DNA of 62,140 bases, filler included, from Choristocarpus tenellus KU-1152 (lineage: Eukaryota; Protista; Phaeophyceae), in assembly GCA_964200185.2 (NCBI GenBank). It is 14 parts of 14 records of this genome, joined end to end, with 100 filler letters (N's around TTAATTAATTAA, not from the genome) between each part and the next. Parts side by side here need not be neighbours in the genome. Positions count along the whole stretch, not along the records: positions 1 to 4,786 come from CAXNAD020013059.1; positions 4,887 to 7,574 come from CAXNAD020025642.1; positions 7,675 to 11,912 come from CAXNAD020015542.1; positions 12,013 to 14,889 come from CAXNAD020023987.1; 10 more parts are not named here. The stretch is one strand, 5' to 3'. The translations under genes and the position numbers were made by a program. A model generated the notes under the pieces. It saw nothing but the letters and a program-made list of their open reading frames with translations, had not been told where the DNA came from and ran no database searches. Below are positions 1 through 13,169 of this stretch, piece after piece. Numbering within the stretch: the first letter of the stretch is position 1; each line of letters opens with the position of its first letter.

Positions 1-38
<38 letters not shown>

Positions 39-627
39 TGACTCTCCCAGGAAGACGGATGTACGGACGTATGACCAAATATCTTCATTTTAGTATTGAT
101 TTTGTTGATTGTTGATTGTTGATTTGTGATTTGTGATTGTGGATTATTGTTTATTGTTTATTGATTGTTGATTATTGATTGTGAAATATTGTTTGATTAT
201 TGATTGTTGCTTATTGATTGGGGAAGGAACAATAAAAACCAAAACTTGCATGACTAGAAAGGTAGAGGACCAACACACCAACCAACACACCAACCAACAC
301 ACATCGGGGGGGGGGGGAAGTGGTGAACCGTTTCAGTGCCCACCAAGTCACCGTCAATAGTGTCTAGTTATTAAGAAGATATTTTATTTCAACTAACGCA
401 GAACAAAAAAGAAAAAGAAAAACCCGCCAACTAAGACAGACTACTTAAAACGCCTTTTTTGATCTCTACCTGAAATACCTATCAGAGGTATTTAGATGGC
501 ACCGTGTAGTCAATTCAATGGGAACTAAACAACACAAGTCACCACGAAAAAATAAAATATTGCAGCCCAACTACAGGTCCCGTAACAACCTGGTCTCTCT
601 CCTTACCAACTCCTTCTGGCTCACCAC

Positions 628-672
628 AACCCCAACCCCAACCCTAACCCTAACCCTAACCCTAACCCCAAC
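628..672 (+). repeat. Short interstitial telomere-like (CCCTAA/CCCCAA)n tract
   Basis: Four perfect CCCTAA units flanked by CCCCAA variants. Confidence 0.7.
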
Positions 673-1529
673 CATTTGTAAAAGATGAGGACATCACAGT
701 GTGGTAGCTCTACATACAGCTTCGACTTGATAATAGTAACAATAATAATAATAGTAACAATAATAATAATAATAATAAAGACAAAATTTCCATTCGGATA
801 GAAGGCGTGCGAGGCCCGATGGTAAACCAAGGGTTAGGGTTATGGTTAGAGGGCAGTATGTTGCAATTTTATATTATACTATGTTGTGTTCAAGTACCAT
901 GTCATGCACTGTTCATGCAATACATATATATATATATATATATGAACTAAAAAAAATGAAATTAAGAAACAAAGAAATAATTCATTCGGTTCAATTCACT
1001 CACTTCACAAAATAGAAAATAATAAAAGATGATTAATAAGGTGCAAGGTGCTTCACAAAACTAAAAAGGTTGATGACTGTATCAGAACCTGCCTTAATAA
1101 CACTATTAAATAACGTGTTGCTTCACACTCAAAAACAACACACACACACACACAACACACAGAAATCAGTGACTGATTTCTTAAAAAAAAGACTGTAAGT
1201 AAAGAAAAAAATATACCAGAAAAACTAGTAATATAGTTGGTGTAACAAGGCGATCGCAAAAGAAAAGGTCAATGATGCTATGACACACTCACCTCATAAT
1301 AAAAAAGGTATACCTTTTACCGACACACCCAATACCCCCCCCCCTGCAAGCAAGGTACACTCGCTCAGTACCAATCCCCGATTCTTCAGCTAAACTTGAC
1401 ATCCAACAACAACATTCCCACATGATGCGTGGGCTGCTCTCACTTCACTGTCATCATCGGGTTCACTGCAATAAAAGGAATGAAGTGGATGAAATGATTG
1501 CGTCTGTACTGCGTAACTACTACTATCAC

Positions 1530-4157
1530 CTCTCCATCCAGAATACACCTCTCCACACAAAGGTTCTTGAGGATGTAGGGACTGAGGGTGGGGCCGTACT
1601 GGGCAGTGTAGTCTGTTGCTCGACGTGTGTGCCACATCACCTGTCACATATCGTGTATCACATATCATATACTAGATATCACATATCACATATCACATAT
1701 TAGATATCACGTATCATATACTATATACTACATATCACACATATATCATATACTATGTATCACATATCACGTGTCACATAATACATATCATGTATCATAT
1801 ACTACGTATTACATATCACGTATCACATAATACATATCATATATCATATACTATGTATCACATATCACATATCACATAATACGTATCATATATCATATAA
1901 TACGTATTACATATCACATGTAACATATTTCAGGCCGTAACCTACATAGTTTGTTAATCATGGATGTTCTAATATATGTTCCAATGTATGTTCCTGCAGG
2001 TGATCATCAGCCATAAGTCGGCAAGTCATTCCCCCCTCACCTCACCCCCATCCCTGTGGCACAAAAGGCGCTCCCCATCCATCTTGATGTCCATGCAGAA
2101 CGGCCTCCCCTGAAAGCTTGGAACCACTTTGTGCATTGCGTACTGGAAATTCTTGGCGAGCATGGGGGAGAACTTGTCACCCACCTTCTCTCCGGTGACA
2201 ATACAAAACAAAACAAAATAAAACAACAATGTAAATAAATATACATATTATATATGTATATATGTATGTCAAGACTTAATGTTGCAGTAGTACTAACAGT
2301 GATAATAATAATAGCAAGATCGGATTGTGGGTATAAATGAACATTATTATTATTACTATTATTATTATTATTTTCAAGTGGGTGACATGGAGGAGGTACT
2401 GATTGGGAAGTGGAGGTGGGGAGGGTACATGGAGACGATTTTCTCTCCGAATCTCGATCATGATGATTATGAACACTAATATTGCAAAAAAACGTACACG
2501 TGTATATATACATACATGATATGTACACATTTATGTACATGATATGTACACATTTATGTACATGTTGTGGTCCACCACTGCTACAGCTGTACTGTGTTCT
2601 ACCATACCTTGGTTGGTGGTGTACTCAAAAGTATCTCAAGACTATCTCAAGGCTATATCTTAAAACTATCCTTGTCTTCCGAAAGAAGATATTGTTCTTT
2701 TACAAAACAATTTTTAAGAACATCAAGGCACACACAAAATCTATTTTTCTTTTGATACTTCTTCCACTCCCCCCCCCCCCCTCCCACTCAGACAAGCTGC
2801 ACATCAAGTTTGAATGCTTTTTCAGCATGAAAATTTTGCATATAGTGCATGAGATATCACACACACACACACATTAGGAAAATTCTTCTTAAAAAAAATA
2901 ATTTGGAGTATATAACCCCCTTCTTTTCTATCATATGCTAAGTGTTCACACTACGAAAGTCCTCCAGCAAAAGACAAAACTACTTTGAAGCATATACTCC
3001 CATTCTTTAAAAAGGTACTGTTAGAGCTCTACATGTGTATTGGGCTCAAAGTACCTGGGGGGGTGGTGGCTGTCCATTTGGGATCAATTTTTTCATATCG
3101 CGATTTTTGGGTGATTTGATTCCATACTTCAGATGGATGATGTAAATGGACTTTTCCTGATTTTGGTCAAATGGACAGACACCCTGGTGTAGACCCCCCC
3201 CAGATACTTTGGGTCTTGGACATGCCGATCAATATATGACCAGGATGTAAATGCTAAATCAGCACAGGATGCACATACAATACACAAATATCTATGTGCA
3301 TACACAACTGCATACATAAATACACACATACACAAATGCTTACAGACATAATGGCATTGTAAGCCTGAGACTCTAGTTGGGTTGATGAAGAGTTCCATTG
3401 ACAATTCCACAACACCATTACACTGGTGCAACAAAAACAAGGAGTGTGTTGTGTTGGGGGAGGTTTGGTGAATGGGCGTACACGGATTGGTGTCCATCAG
3501 ACAGATATTGGGTTTATGTATGGTCTACATCAGGGACGTACACAGATTGGTAGTTTAGTCCTTAATAGTATGGTACTCACAGTATATAGTACATACAGTA
3601 CATCGTATATAACAGATACAATACACAGTATATAATAGATACAATACACAGTATATAATAGATACAATACACAGTATATAATAGATACAATACACAGTAT
3701 ATAATAGATACAGCACAGTATATAATAGATACAATACACAGTATATAATAGATACAATACACAAATAGGGTGGATCTCATATATATCATCAATGGTGTAC
3801 CTCATAACGTCATACTGAACTGTCAACAACCAACCCCCAACGGATATAGTCGGTGCCATTCTCAGAACCAATTAAAATCAAAATAAGAAAAGCCTGTGCA
3901 AAGTTGGGGGGGATTCTCTTTCCATTTACGGGTCTGGATACATAAATCATCATGGGGGGATGGAGAGGGCAGGGGATACAAAGGGTTGTTTTTGCGGGTG
4001 ATGAGGTTTCTTACACAAATGCGGTGGACACTGAACACTCATTTTCTTTCTTTTTTCCCTAACGTCATTGCACATTTTATCGCTGCTGTTTATTTGATCA
4101 CATCATCATTATTATTACTAGTTATTGTGGTTGAATGTTGTAGTCTAATCGATACAC

Positions 4158-4199
<42 letters not shown>

Positions 4200-4698
4200 T
4201 ATATATATACGATAAAGATAAACAGTACTACACGAGTGGAACAAAACCAGCGAACATAAATGTCAGTCTTGGAACCGACAAGCGGTGAAGGAACCTCCTT
4301 CAACGTTTGAAAAACAAAATCTATATATTATTATTCTTCACTCTTCGCGCCTTCGTTCGCGCGATTTTGTTTCTTTATCTCCCCTCACAATATTATTATC
4401 ATTATTATTATTACCTATTAATACTATTTTATTACTACTACTGCTGTTCTTTATATTATCATTACCTATAAATACTATTTTAATATTACTACTACTGTTG
4501 TTCTTTATATTATTATTACCTATTAATACTATTTTAATATTACTACTACTGTTGTTCTAAGAATTGTATTATTATTTACTCTTTCCTCCAAAAAACATTT
4601 ACTACTTTTTCTTTTTGAGGAATGCCCTAACCTTAAGGTCTCTGTTGGATCTCTCATTGCTGTTGCGATCAGCAAACTTACTGCAAACCTTTCTCAGA
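1530..4698 (-). CDS. LIG4: DNA ligase IV, internal exons (partial gene)
   Basis: In-phase GT-AG exons 4632-4698 (LRKVCSKFADRNSNERSNRDLK), 2041-2184 (VGDKFSPMLAK...DIKMDGERLLCHRDGGE) and 1530-1640 (VMWHTRRATDYTAQYG...CILDGE). They contain PMLA, adenylation motif I KxDGxR and motif III ILDGE in ligase IV order. Confidence 0.88.
1645..1922 (+). repeat. Intronic ATATCAC/ATCAT-type degenerate minisatellite
   Basis: Repeated atatcac/gtatcat units inside a LIG4 intron. Confidence 0.85.
3043..3215 (+). mobile_element. MITE family B copy (~175-190 bp; TIR GGCTCAAAGTATCTGGGGGGG)
   Basis: TIRs ggctcaaagtacctggggggg / ccccccccagatactttgggtc; the internal sequence is shared with four other copies. Confidence 0.85.
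3578..3762 (+). repeat. 23-bp tandem repeat (CACAGTATATAATAGATACAATA)
   Basis: About 6 near-perfect units plus degenerate flanks. Confidence 0.9.
4400..4558 (+). repeat. ~51-bp AT-rich tandem repeat, 3 copies
   Basis: ttacctattaatactattttaatattactactactgttgttct occurs three times. Confidence 0.85.
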
Positions 4699-4786
4699 CT
4701 TTATTTTTCCCCATAGAAGGAAGGAGTAGGACATGGGGAGTGGGACAAGACAAGACCATGGGAAGGGGACGGGGAAGTGGGGGGGG

Positions 4787-4886
4787 NNNNNNNNNNNNNN
4801 NNNNNNNNNNNNNNNNNNNNNNNNNNNNNNTTAATTAATTAANNNNNNNNNNNNNNNNNNNNNNNNNNNNNNNNNNNNNNNNNNNN
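4787..4886. other. Artificial contig-joining linker (44 N + TTAATTAATTAA + 44 N); first of 13
   Basis: Identical 100-bp spacer with stops in all six frames. It recurs at 7575-7674, 11913-12012, 14890-14989, 22844-22943, 27188-27287, 31578-31677, 37137-37236, 39898-39997, 42728-42827, 47679-47778, 50917-51016 and 54785-54884. Confidence 0.98.
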
Positions 4887-5681
4887 GGGGGCAGTGTCTT
4901 TCTGTGTAACGTATCAGACCACGCAGAGAGTCATATTGACTAAAATATTGATACTATTGTTAGATCATTGCCCACACAATAGTAGATCCTGTCGAACGCT
5001 CGGTCAAGAGCCTCGATATTGCAAATGATCTCAAGAGTAGTCCCTTCCATACTACTCCTGTCCTTCAGGACTGTTGGTTTTTTCAGGTCCCATTTTTTAA
5101 CACAATATAGAGTACTATGCACTGCCATCTATCGTGTCACATCACATCACATCACATCACACTGCACTGCATCAGTCAAAGGCTATCCCTCACTGAAATC
5201 CAACAGACAAAAAACTGGGAAAAAAAAATAAAGCAGCTGACAAAACAAAAAAATCATTATTAATATTATCATTATCATAGAGGTTGGCTACCCACAGCAC
5301 ATTGGTCATTCCATTCCATGTTCCCTTCTAGGAAAAAAAAAAAATCGTTGAGCACGGAGCTCCATGACAGTTTGCGACCAGAAAACTAACCACTGCGCTT
5401 CAAATCCGACTGCACTACACCCCAAAAAAAACAATCAACACACAGACCCTAACCCTAAGCAAACCGTTGCGTATCTATCCAACAGCTATGGCCTCACTGT
5501 ATCGTATTCAAATCAAGATCGTTACACGCCATCGACAAACTATCAAAACCTAAATCAGTACTCACAAAAAAAAAATCAAACATGCCACAATATATATACA
5601 TATATATTACTGGAATCCTATACGGGCTGTTACTGTCTGGAACGTCGCATCAATTCAGAACACATTAATGATAATAATATC

Positions 5682-5715
<34 letters not shown>

Positions 5716-6373
5716 TCAATAATAGTAATAATAGTAATAATATCAATAATAGTAATAATATCAATAATGCACCTTCAACGCGAGCCGCATTATCTACAGT
5801 CAGGTCAGGCTCACATGTCCTAGAGCACATCACAATCGACTGCAAGTCCACTCCCGCATTTTCTAGTCTCTTTTGTCAGGGTTCCTACTGATCTCTTTCA
5901 GTAAACAAGGAGAGTGAAAGCATTATATTAATATACTACTATCTATTTCATTTATTATTAATAATTTGTTTATCTCCCCCCTCCAAAACAAAAACAAAAA
6001 CAAAAACAAGAAACAAGAAAAAATAGATGTTCTATCAAAAAGAAGAAGAGCCACTTCTTTTCTTTTCAACACCAATTACTCTCCATTCTTACGGACACAT
6101 CCCTTCAAAGTGCTCTATCTATGCGTACTTCACTCTATAGGGCATCAGACCATACATCGCCTACAGAAATATTATACATGCTAAAAATAAGATACATCGA
6201 ACTATACATACATGTGTGTGTGTGCATGTGTATGTGCATGTAAGGGTATACCTCTTCCCTCCAATGCTACAATGTGTTGCGATGTATTCACTCTTGGGTC
6301 GGCACGTGATACACTACCAAAGGTCAAAGCAGCAGTCGTAAAGTTAAACCAAACAACAAGGTCTCACACACAC

Positions 6374-7282
6374 CTTATCGTCCTCATCATCGCTACCAGC
6401 ACCAAAGGTTTCCATGAGCTTGGCCAAGCCCCCGCCCTCAGTCTTTATCAACTCATCGTACGTGCCGGACTAGACCACAAGAAAGAAATTTTTAAGAAAG
6501 GAATAAAAAAAGGAGTAAGAAAGAAATCAAAAAGAAATTAAAAAAGAAAAAAGAGGAAAAAGTCTTTTTTTTTCTTATTCATACAAACTACTTGCGACTG
6601 GAAATGATATTTATTTTTTATTACTCTCATAACAACAACAACAACAACAGCAACAAATGAGACCAAAAGCAGCAGTTCACCAGAGAGCGGCGCAGGTCAT
6701 CAGTAGATTATTAATCGAAACGGCTGTAAAAAAAAAAAAGAGCCTAAAAAAATACACTTACATACGCCTTTGGTGTTAACATAGTGAACGACAGTATCAG
6801 AAATGACATCAAGAGCAAAAAAAAATCAATGTATCGTTGGGAAGGGAGGGAGATGTGCGGGGAAAAGTTAGTGGAAGTTGCGGCGGAGGAGGGTGGTCAC
6901 AATACCACACAGTAGACTTTTCTTTTTGTCCCAAGGACATGACTGTCAAACTGACATGACTGTCGAACAGCTCTAGAGGTCTAACAAAAGCAGTCTGTAA
7001 ATAGAACAACTCTACATGCCACAGAGGGGAGATGAGACAAGAGAGAGAAGCACAGCATGGTAGAAAGAGCTACTATGGTTCCTAAATACCAATACAAGAT
7101 ACCATGCCTGAGGCGGAAAACAAAGTGTACATGAAATGAATAGTTGAACCAATCGAATCGCCTGACGTGCTGCATCCATCCTAGAGAATCCATACATTCG
7201 CCCTGCAACCAACCCCCCTTGCTCCGTAGTACCACAGAGCAGAGCATCATTTAAAACATTTTTTGCCTGGTTCAACATACAT

Positions 7283-7322
<40 letters not shown>

Positions 7323-7447
7323 CACTGATAGCACCATTGTTGATGACCAAGATAGAATCCGTCTGGGGAAGAAACTGCAGTTGATTAGCACAAAGAATGC
7401 GGGTCTTATCGTGAAGGTAACCAGTAATGCACTTCTCAAACAAGTGC
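6374..7447 (-). CDS. ABCC/MRP-type ABC transporter, end of NBD1 (two internal exons)
   Basis: Exon 7321-7447 (HLFEKCITGYLHDKTRILCANQLQFLPQTDSILVINNGAISE) splices in frame to exon 6374-6469 (SGTYDELIKTEGGGLAKLMETFG...). This matches the typical ABCC NBD1 C-terminal segment, with GT-AG boundaries. Confidence 0.9.
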
Positions 7448-7933
7448 CTTGGCAAGAGGTTGAGTCAAGGCAAAGGGAGGGGAGGGGAGGGGAGGAGGAA
7501 GGAGATTTTGAAACAAAAAAAATGAAGGGCATTTGTGTAAAAAAAAGGGGGGAAGCAGAATACGCAGGGGGAGGNNNNNNNNNNNNNNNNNNNNNNNNNN
7601 NNNNNNNNNNNNNNNNNNTTAATTAATTAANNNNNNNNNNNNNNNNNNNNNNNNNNNNNNNNNNNNNNNNNNNNAATAAAATAGTGAGGCCGGATGCAAA
7701 TCTTCAAGGCCACAAAATCTTCCACTCCCCCCCCCCTGGGGGGGGGGGAGCAAAGTGGACTCACACAGCAAACAGATAAGGCCAACAAACTTCCAGGGAA
7801 TAACCATGAAGAATAGCAAAAGGTGGCCAAGGGAGAGGAAGTGTCTGGGAAAGGAATGCTATCCTTAATCAGTCTGAGCAAGCAATATATCTATCTATCT
7901 ATATCTGTCACGGTAAAAGTCTTCAAAAAGCAC

Positions 7934-10578
7934 CTTGCCCAGTCACCATAAGGTCCCACCATAAGCACCCCCATGCCTCGCCAATGTAGTACCACACTGT
8001 CCTCCCCACACCAAACCATGTGGTCCGGAACTTCTGAAGACGAAGTGTCAAAGTCCAACACCTTTCACAAAAGTTTGGGTTGGGACTGGGTTAAGGGTCA
8101 AAGGGGGCCAGAGGGCGTCCATCGATCATCTTTTTTGTCTCATCCCCCCATCAAAAAGCGATCAAGAAGACACACACAGAATGCAGTGCACACGCACACG
8201 CCTCTCTAATCTTGTACAACGTTTTTCTTCATTTTGTTCGCTGCTCTCTTTTTTACCAAACACCAGCATCCCCAGGGTCTCAATCCACAACCACAACTAG
8301 CATGTATCCCACACCTTTGCCTTCACTCCTCTCATGTTACCTTAGTGGCAAAGTTGGATGAAACCACAGTGAGCATGCCCCCGCGCATGAAGCAGGCAAG
8401 GAATCGGCCATTTGGCGCTGCCGCCATCTTTATAATGGGTTCTGGCAATGGTTCCTGCATCAACCCCTCCCCGTTACCACTCTCATCAACCACTGGCCAA
8501 TGTGTTTTCGACGAAGGAGAGAATGGGGGAAGGAGCAGGGGGGGGGGGGAGGGGATGACTAAAGTAAAAAACATGTGAGTCTCTACCAGATACAAAATAT
8601 CTCCAGTTGCATCTTATTGGAAGTCAGAAGACTTTCCAAAGAGAACACACTGTGGTTGTAGTCTTAGTCTTCACATACTAATAATCATTGTAGGATTTGG
8701 TTCGGCTTGGGGTCCTAATGCCGAACGCAAGTTAATTTCTACTTGGCGACAACACTATACAGTCTTCTCCCAAGACACCCACTGAAAGCCATGCTAACAT
8801 GCTGTTGTACATCCATTTGATAGCACACAAGTACAGATTACTTTCCGGTTTTTGAAGCTAATCGTACAGAACCTTTTGGTCCTAAAAAAAAATCAGAGGG
8901 CGTTATGAATCACATCCTTAAGTTCCCACTATTTCGATATTTGTTTCCTCAAGATTTGTAGTTTTTAGAGTTCCTACATACACCTAATTCCAAGGCTATC
9001 CCAAAACCAACATGAACACATCGTAGTAGCCATACTTCATACTTTATATATATATATATATTTGGTCATTGGGTATTTGGGCTACAAGCAAGATGCAGAG
9101 TAGAATGTGTTGTTTACTTTACAGAGACACCCCACCATACAGGAAAAACTGCACAGGCTATAAAAATCAAAAGAACATAAATATCACACCCCACCCTCTA
9201 CTCTTGCCAAAGCTCGGTCCTATTCATCACACACACCGAAGGCATTGCCGTCCTCTGTAGTCAGGACCACCTCAAGAGACCCAGATGCTGTAAACTGTGG
9301 CTCCAGCACCACCATAGCCGTCAGTGGCCCCTCCTTTAGTGCCAGATCAGCTGCCATCATGAACCGCCTGACAGGGTCAGGGCAAGCGGAGGGAATGGTG
9401 AGGTTGAAGTTGGAATAGAAACACAAGAAATGGGGGGAGGAGGACATTCCGAGGTTCACTTCCAGAGTTATGTGCATTGGCATTGGGCCATTATAGTTCC
9501 ACTTCCTGGCTCCGCAAAGAGAGCTTAGGGCTCTAGGATGTGCTCGTAAGTAGACAGCAAATACTTGGCATTGGATTCAGTGCAACACCTTCTCTAACGT
9601 AGTTCACGATGACAGACTAGGAAAAAAGGAGGGGTCTATCAACGCTAACGATTATCTCCCTTCACCTAGGCTGTGAGTTGTGAATCCCTGAGATGGCAGC
9701 CAGTCCGCCACTGCCCAACAAGGCCACCAAGCCGTCCCCCCACACCTCACATGCCACAACCCCATCTGGGTTTGACGAGTGTCGGGAAGCTTCATCGATG
9801 AGCTCCAGCGACTGAACCAGTTCCCCCTGAAACAGTACATGGGAACCCCCCATTAGATGAAGGTTTGCTAGTGTCGGTTTCGTAATGGCTCTCCTACATC
9901 CTTACAACACTCCCAGATCCTCACTGTCCTACCCAGAAAAGACTACCGGCTTCAAGCTCAGTCCGATCCGGACTCGTTGACTCACCTGGAGGTCCCGTAC
10001 TTCCACACCCCCACGCTCGCGAACCATAACAAGCATCTCACGATCTGTCCACCCCAAGCTGAAGAGACGATCTCTCACTCCACCTTCTCGGACAGGGGCT
10101 GCATACCCTTGCAGCGGTGTCTCCGAAATCTTGAGGCCAGAGCACCCGAACACGCGTAGAGTTGGGCTCAAATTTCCACCGTTCGCCACCTAGACAGCGG
10201 GGGGTGACTACCATTAACTAGCACAGTCGAGTGACGGGCACAGGCGCAACAGATTTGTGCGACTTGACGTTGACGTTGAACGTTTGCAGATCCCAGCTCC
10301 GGATTAAAACGCCTGCATGTGACAAGCATTTGTACGACAAATAATCCAATTTATTGTTCAACCTTCCCCGACACTGGTGATTGAGAATAGTGTAGGTCTG
10401 GGGTTACCTTCAGCAGCTTTGTCTCGTCGCGGACCATAGCAATTGCCCCACCATACTTCGCCACTGACACGATAGTGCGATCGAGGCGGCACTCGTCATC
10501 TGTGCCCCAGTCCAGGTCATATAAATGTAGCTTACGATACTGCACCTCTCCAAGAGCTGTCCAGTCCCCGGATAACAT
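7934..10578 (-). CDS. VPS16: Vacuolar protein sorting 16 (HOPS/CORVET), first six exons, 3'-partial
   Basis: Phase-consistent exons 10408-10578 (MLSGDWTALGEVQYRKLHLYDLDW...AKYGGAIAMVRD), 9986-10189, 9666-9826, 9237-9367, 8341-8492 (APNGRFLACF) and ~7934-8061 (MVWCGEDSVVLHW...MVGPYGDW). All are Vps16 N-terminal signatures. Confidence 0.93.
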
Positions 10579-10836
10579 GAGTTCATCAAAGAAGAGAACG
10601 AGATCTAGGGCACCAACATTCCCTGTTCTTGAACAGGGTTAGTCGAGTTGTTGTAGAGATTAAGAAATAGAGCCAGTGACAACACAAAAAAATATCTTTC
10701 ACAATTAATTTCATTATATAGGCGAGAGGTCTGAAGAACCTCCAGTGGAGTCTTCGCAAAAATCCTTCCAGTTTGTAAAGTGCAAGGATGATGTCTCAAG
10801 GGTCCTCGAGCCGATTTGTTCAGAGACTCCTGCAAT

Positions 10837-11912
10837 TGTATCAGAGATCAGCAATAGTGTACATACAAAGTCAGAACAGAATAGTTATTAGTTGATAAAC
10901 CCAGAACCTGTTCTAGTGTATAAATGGATGGATAGAAAACGATTATGTAAATACAAATGTTGCTATCCACCTCCCTCCTTGATATTAATCACTCTTCAAC
11001 ATTTGGTAACATCCCTGTGTTTATCACTCCTATCTCTACATGAGTCGGGGGATACTTCACACTCTATTGAACCCTAGGTTTCTAACCTGTACTTACCATG
11101 TCTTCATATGGAGAAGAGAAACAGTCCATGGTTGGTTGGGGCAGAAGTGAGGCCCCCTTGCTGAAGATAATCTTCAAAAAAATTCTTCTACTGTGGAGGG
11201 CCTAAGGCAATAATGGAATTGAAGCAAGACTGGGACTGCTGTTTTGAAATAGTTGTTGATAGAGTTGGCAGTGGGATCATACTGCTGCCAAAGTCACTCT
11301 ACCAGGGACGACCCTCAGGTAGCTATGTTCCAGCCGAAGACGAACCTGTTGAACCCATTGTGGGTGAAGGTTTCCGAGATATAGACGACAGCCCGTACAG
11401 ATTTAGCGTCAGGAGCAGCGTGAGCCAGAGATCAGGTTCTTTGGCAAGTTTAGGGTCTGCAAGAGATATTGCTCTGTACAATCTTCGGCAGCGATCAAAG
11501 GCCCAACCACTGAAGTTCTTGGACAAACTCCAAGTAGAGGGATCTTGAGGCAGTAAATGCCTCAAGATCGATCCATCAGGAGCGCCCTCACAGGGAACTT
11601 CTGGCTGATGAATTTTTAGCGAAAAGGAGATTTGGATGAGACTAAGGAACCATAATTATGCGCTCAACAATATTCTTCTTGTGCACCTGTCACAGAGAGT
11701 CTGTGCCGCACACACAAGAACCCTAGGAAGCGTTTTGCAGCTGTGAACAACTGGTTCATGCCAAACACGGTGGGCGACGACCAGGATTATTATTTCAGTA
11801 ACTCATCTTTTCGAAGGTGGAGAAGGGGCCAAACCCACTTCTCACTCTGGCGGAGTGTGAATCGTGTGATTCTGTGGCGGCGTGGTTCACTCAGGCAAGG
11901 GTGGCGAAGAGA
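10837..11912 (+). mobile_element. Degenerate LTR retrotransposon 5' end: candidate LTR (10837-11001), PBS-like TGGTAAC (11004) and frameshifted copia-like gag
   Basis: The LTR candidate has TGTATCAGAG...CTCTTCAACA ends, an internal TATAAAT and is followed by TT-TGGTAAC. The broken ORF from ATG 11098 includes EIWMRL, NNWFMPNT and KGPNPLLTLAE segments resembling copia Gag. Confidence 0.55.
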
Positions 11913-12344
11913 NNNNNNNNNNNNNNNNNNNNNNNNNNNNNNNNNNNNNNNNNNNNTTAATTAATTAANNNNNNNNNNNNNNNNNNNNNNNNNNNNNNNN
12001 NNNNNNNNNNNNATGGGTTCGAGTTGCCGACTCCCAAAGCACACATCCCCCAATGCCAAAAAGGTATGGCTTACCCCCCATCACCACTTCCCATACGCCC
12101 ATTCAACTTGGGGCCCACTATAAAACACGGGAATAGTTCGTCAATGATCCGTACCAAACAAGAGAAGAATTTCCGCACCGTACTATACAACATTGAACCA
12201 ATATCTTTAAAAAAGAATGACAACGACACGCTGTATGTCATCATCAATAAAGCCTCACATATTATAGCAAATCCGCAGGGTTAGGATCCATTCGTTTGAA
12301 CAAGACCCTAACACTAAACCCCCTCAGCAACTATCCATTAACCT

Positions 12345-12725
12345 GACCCAAACACACCCAACGTTTTTCTATCAGGAATACAACAAAATTCATTAGCTTA
12401 AAGAGTTCATTGGAAAACCATACGTTATTTGTTTTTGGTCAAACACGAACCCAATGCGCAGTTTCTCTCAAAATACGTAGGCCGATTTATTTTGGTATGT
12501 AGTTCAACAGACCAGACATATTCTTTTTTCGTCAAACACGCACCTAATTCGTATTTTCTCTCAAAATACGTCAGCCGACTTATTTTGGTAAGAAATTCAA
12601 CAGACCAGACTTACTTGTTTTTCGTCCAACACTCACCCAATGCGCATTTTCTCTCGAAATATGTCAGCCGACACTATAAAAGTATCAATTTAACGGACCA
12701 GACGTCATTTGCTTATCATCAAAAA
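12345..12725 (+). repeat. 93-bp tandem repeat, ~4 copies
   Basis: The gtc(a/c)aacac anchor occurs at 12438, 12531 and 12624, with a degenerate unit before them. The 111-aa ORF here is just this repeat translated. Confidence 0.85.
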
Positions 12726-13169
12726 CAACCCCTATACACATATACTTTTTATCCGGATGATTAAACTAGAGGACATTGTGTAGCACGTTTACAAACACTT
12801 CTACCTCAAACATGTTTTTGTACCTGCGAGTTGTGTGACAAGGGCAAAGGGTGCGACTCTCAAGATGTGAAGACTGCACTCGAGAGCGCTCTCAGTATGA
12901 TGGACTTCCTCCTGTAAGTAATTTTATTCTGGTCCGAAGCTTCAACAACGTCCAACCAATGCTAAAACCTTCGACAACATCAATACCATATGCACATACC
13001 ATCCTCTCCCATGAACCAACTTGCAAACGAAATGACAAGTACTTCTCTCAATCTACTAGTTGTCGTCCATGTCTAACGTTGGCAACTTGCCCATATGCCA
13101 TTAAATGCATACAATACCATACAATGTGTCCAACTCGGGACGTAAACTGAATCCCCCCACCACGATTCC

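Noticed and set aside
4831-4842. Recurring TTAATTAATTAA motif as a biological repeat or CRISPR-like repeat
   Set aside because: It is always centred in exactly 44 N + 44 N, so it is an artificial six-frame-stop linker.
3530-5891. Many Y/I/C-rich, poly-L and poly-N ORFs in the ORF track
   Set aside because: They are translations of microsatellites and minisatellites in introns.
12429-12764. 111-aa ORF with 31-aa repeats; also considered as a CRISPR-like array
   Set aside because: It is simply the translation of a diverged 93-bp tandem repeat, with no repeat-spacer alternation, no cas genes and a eukaryotic context.
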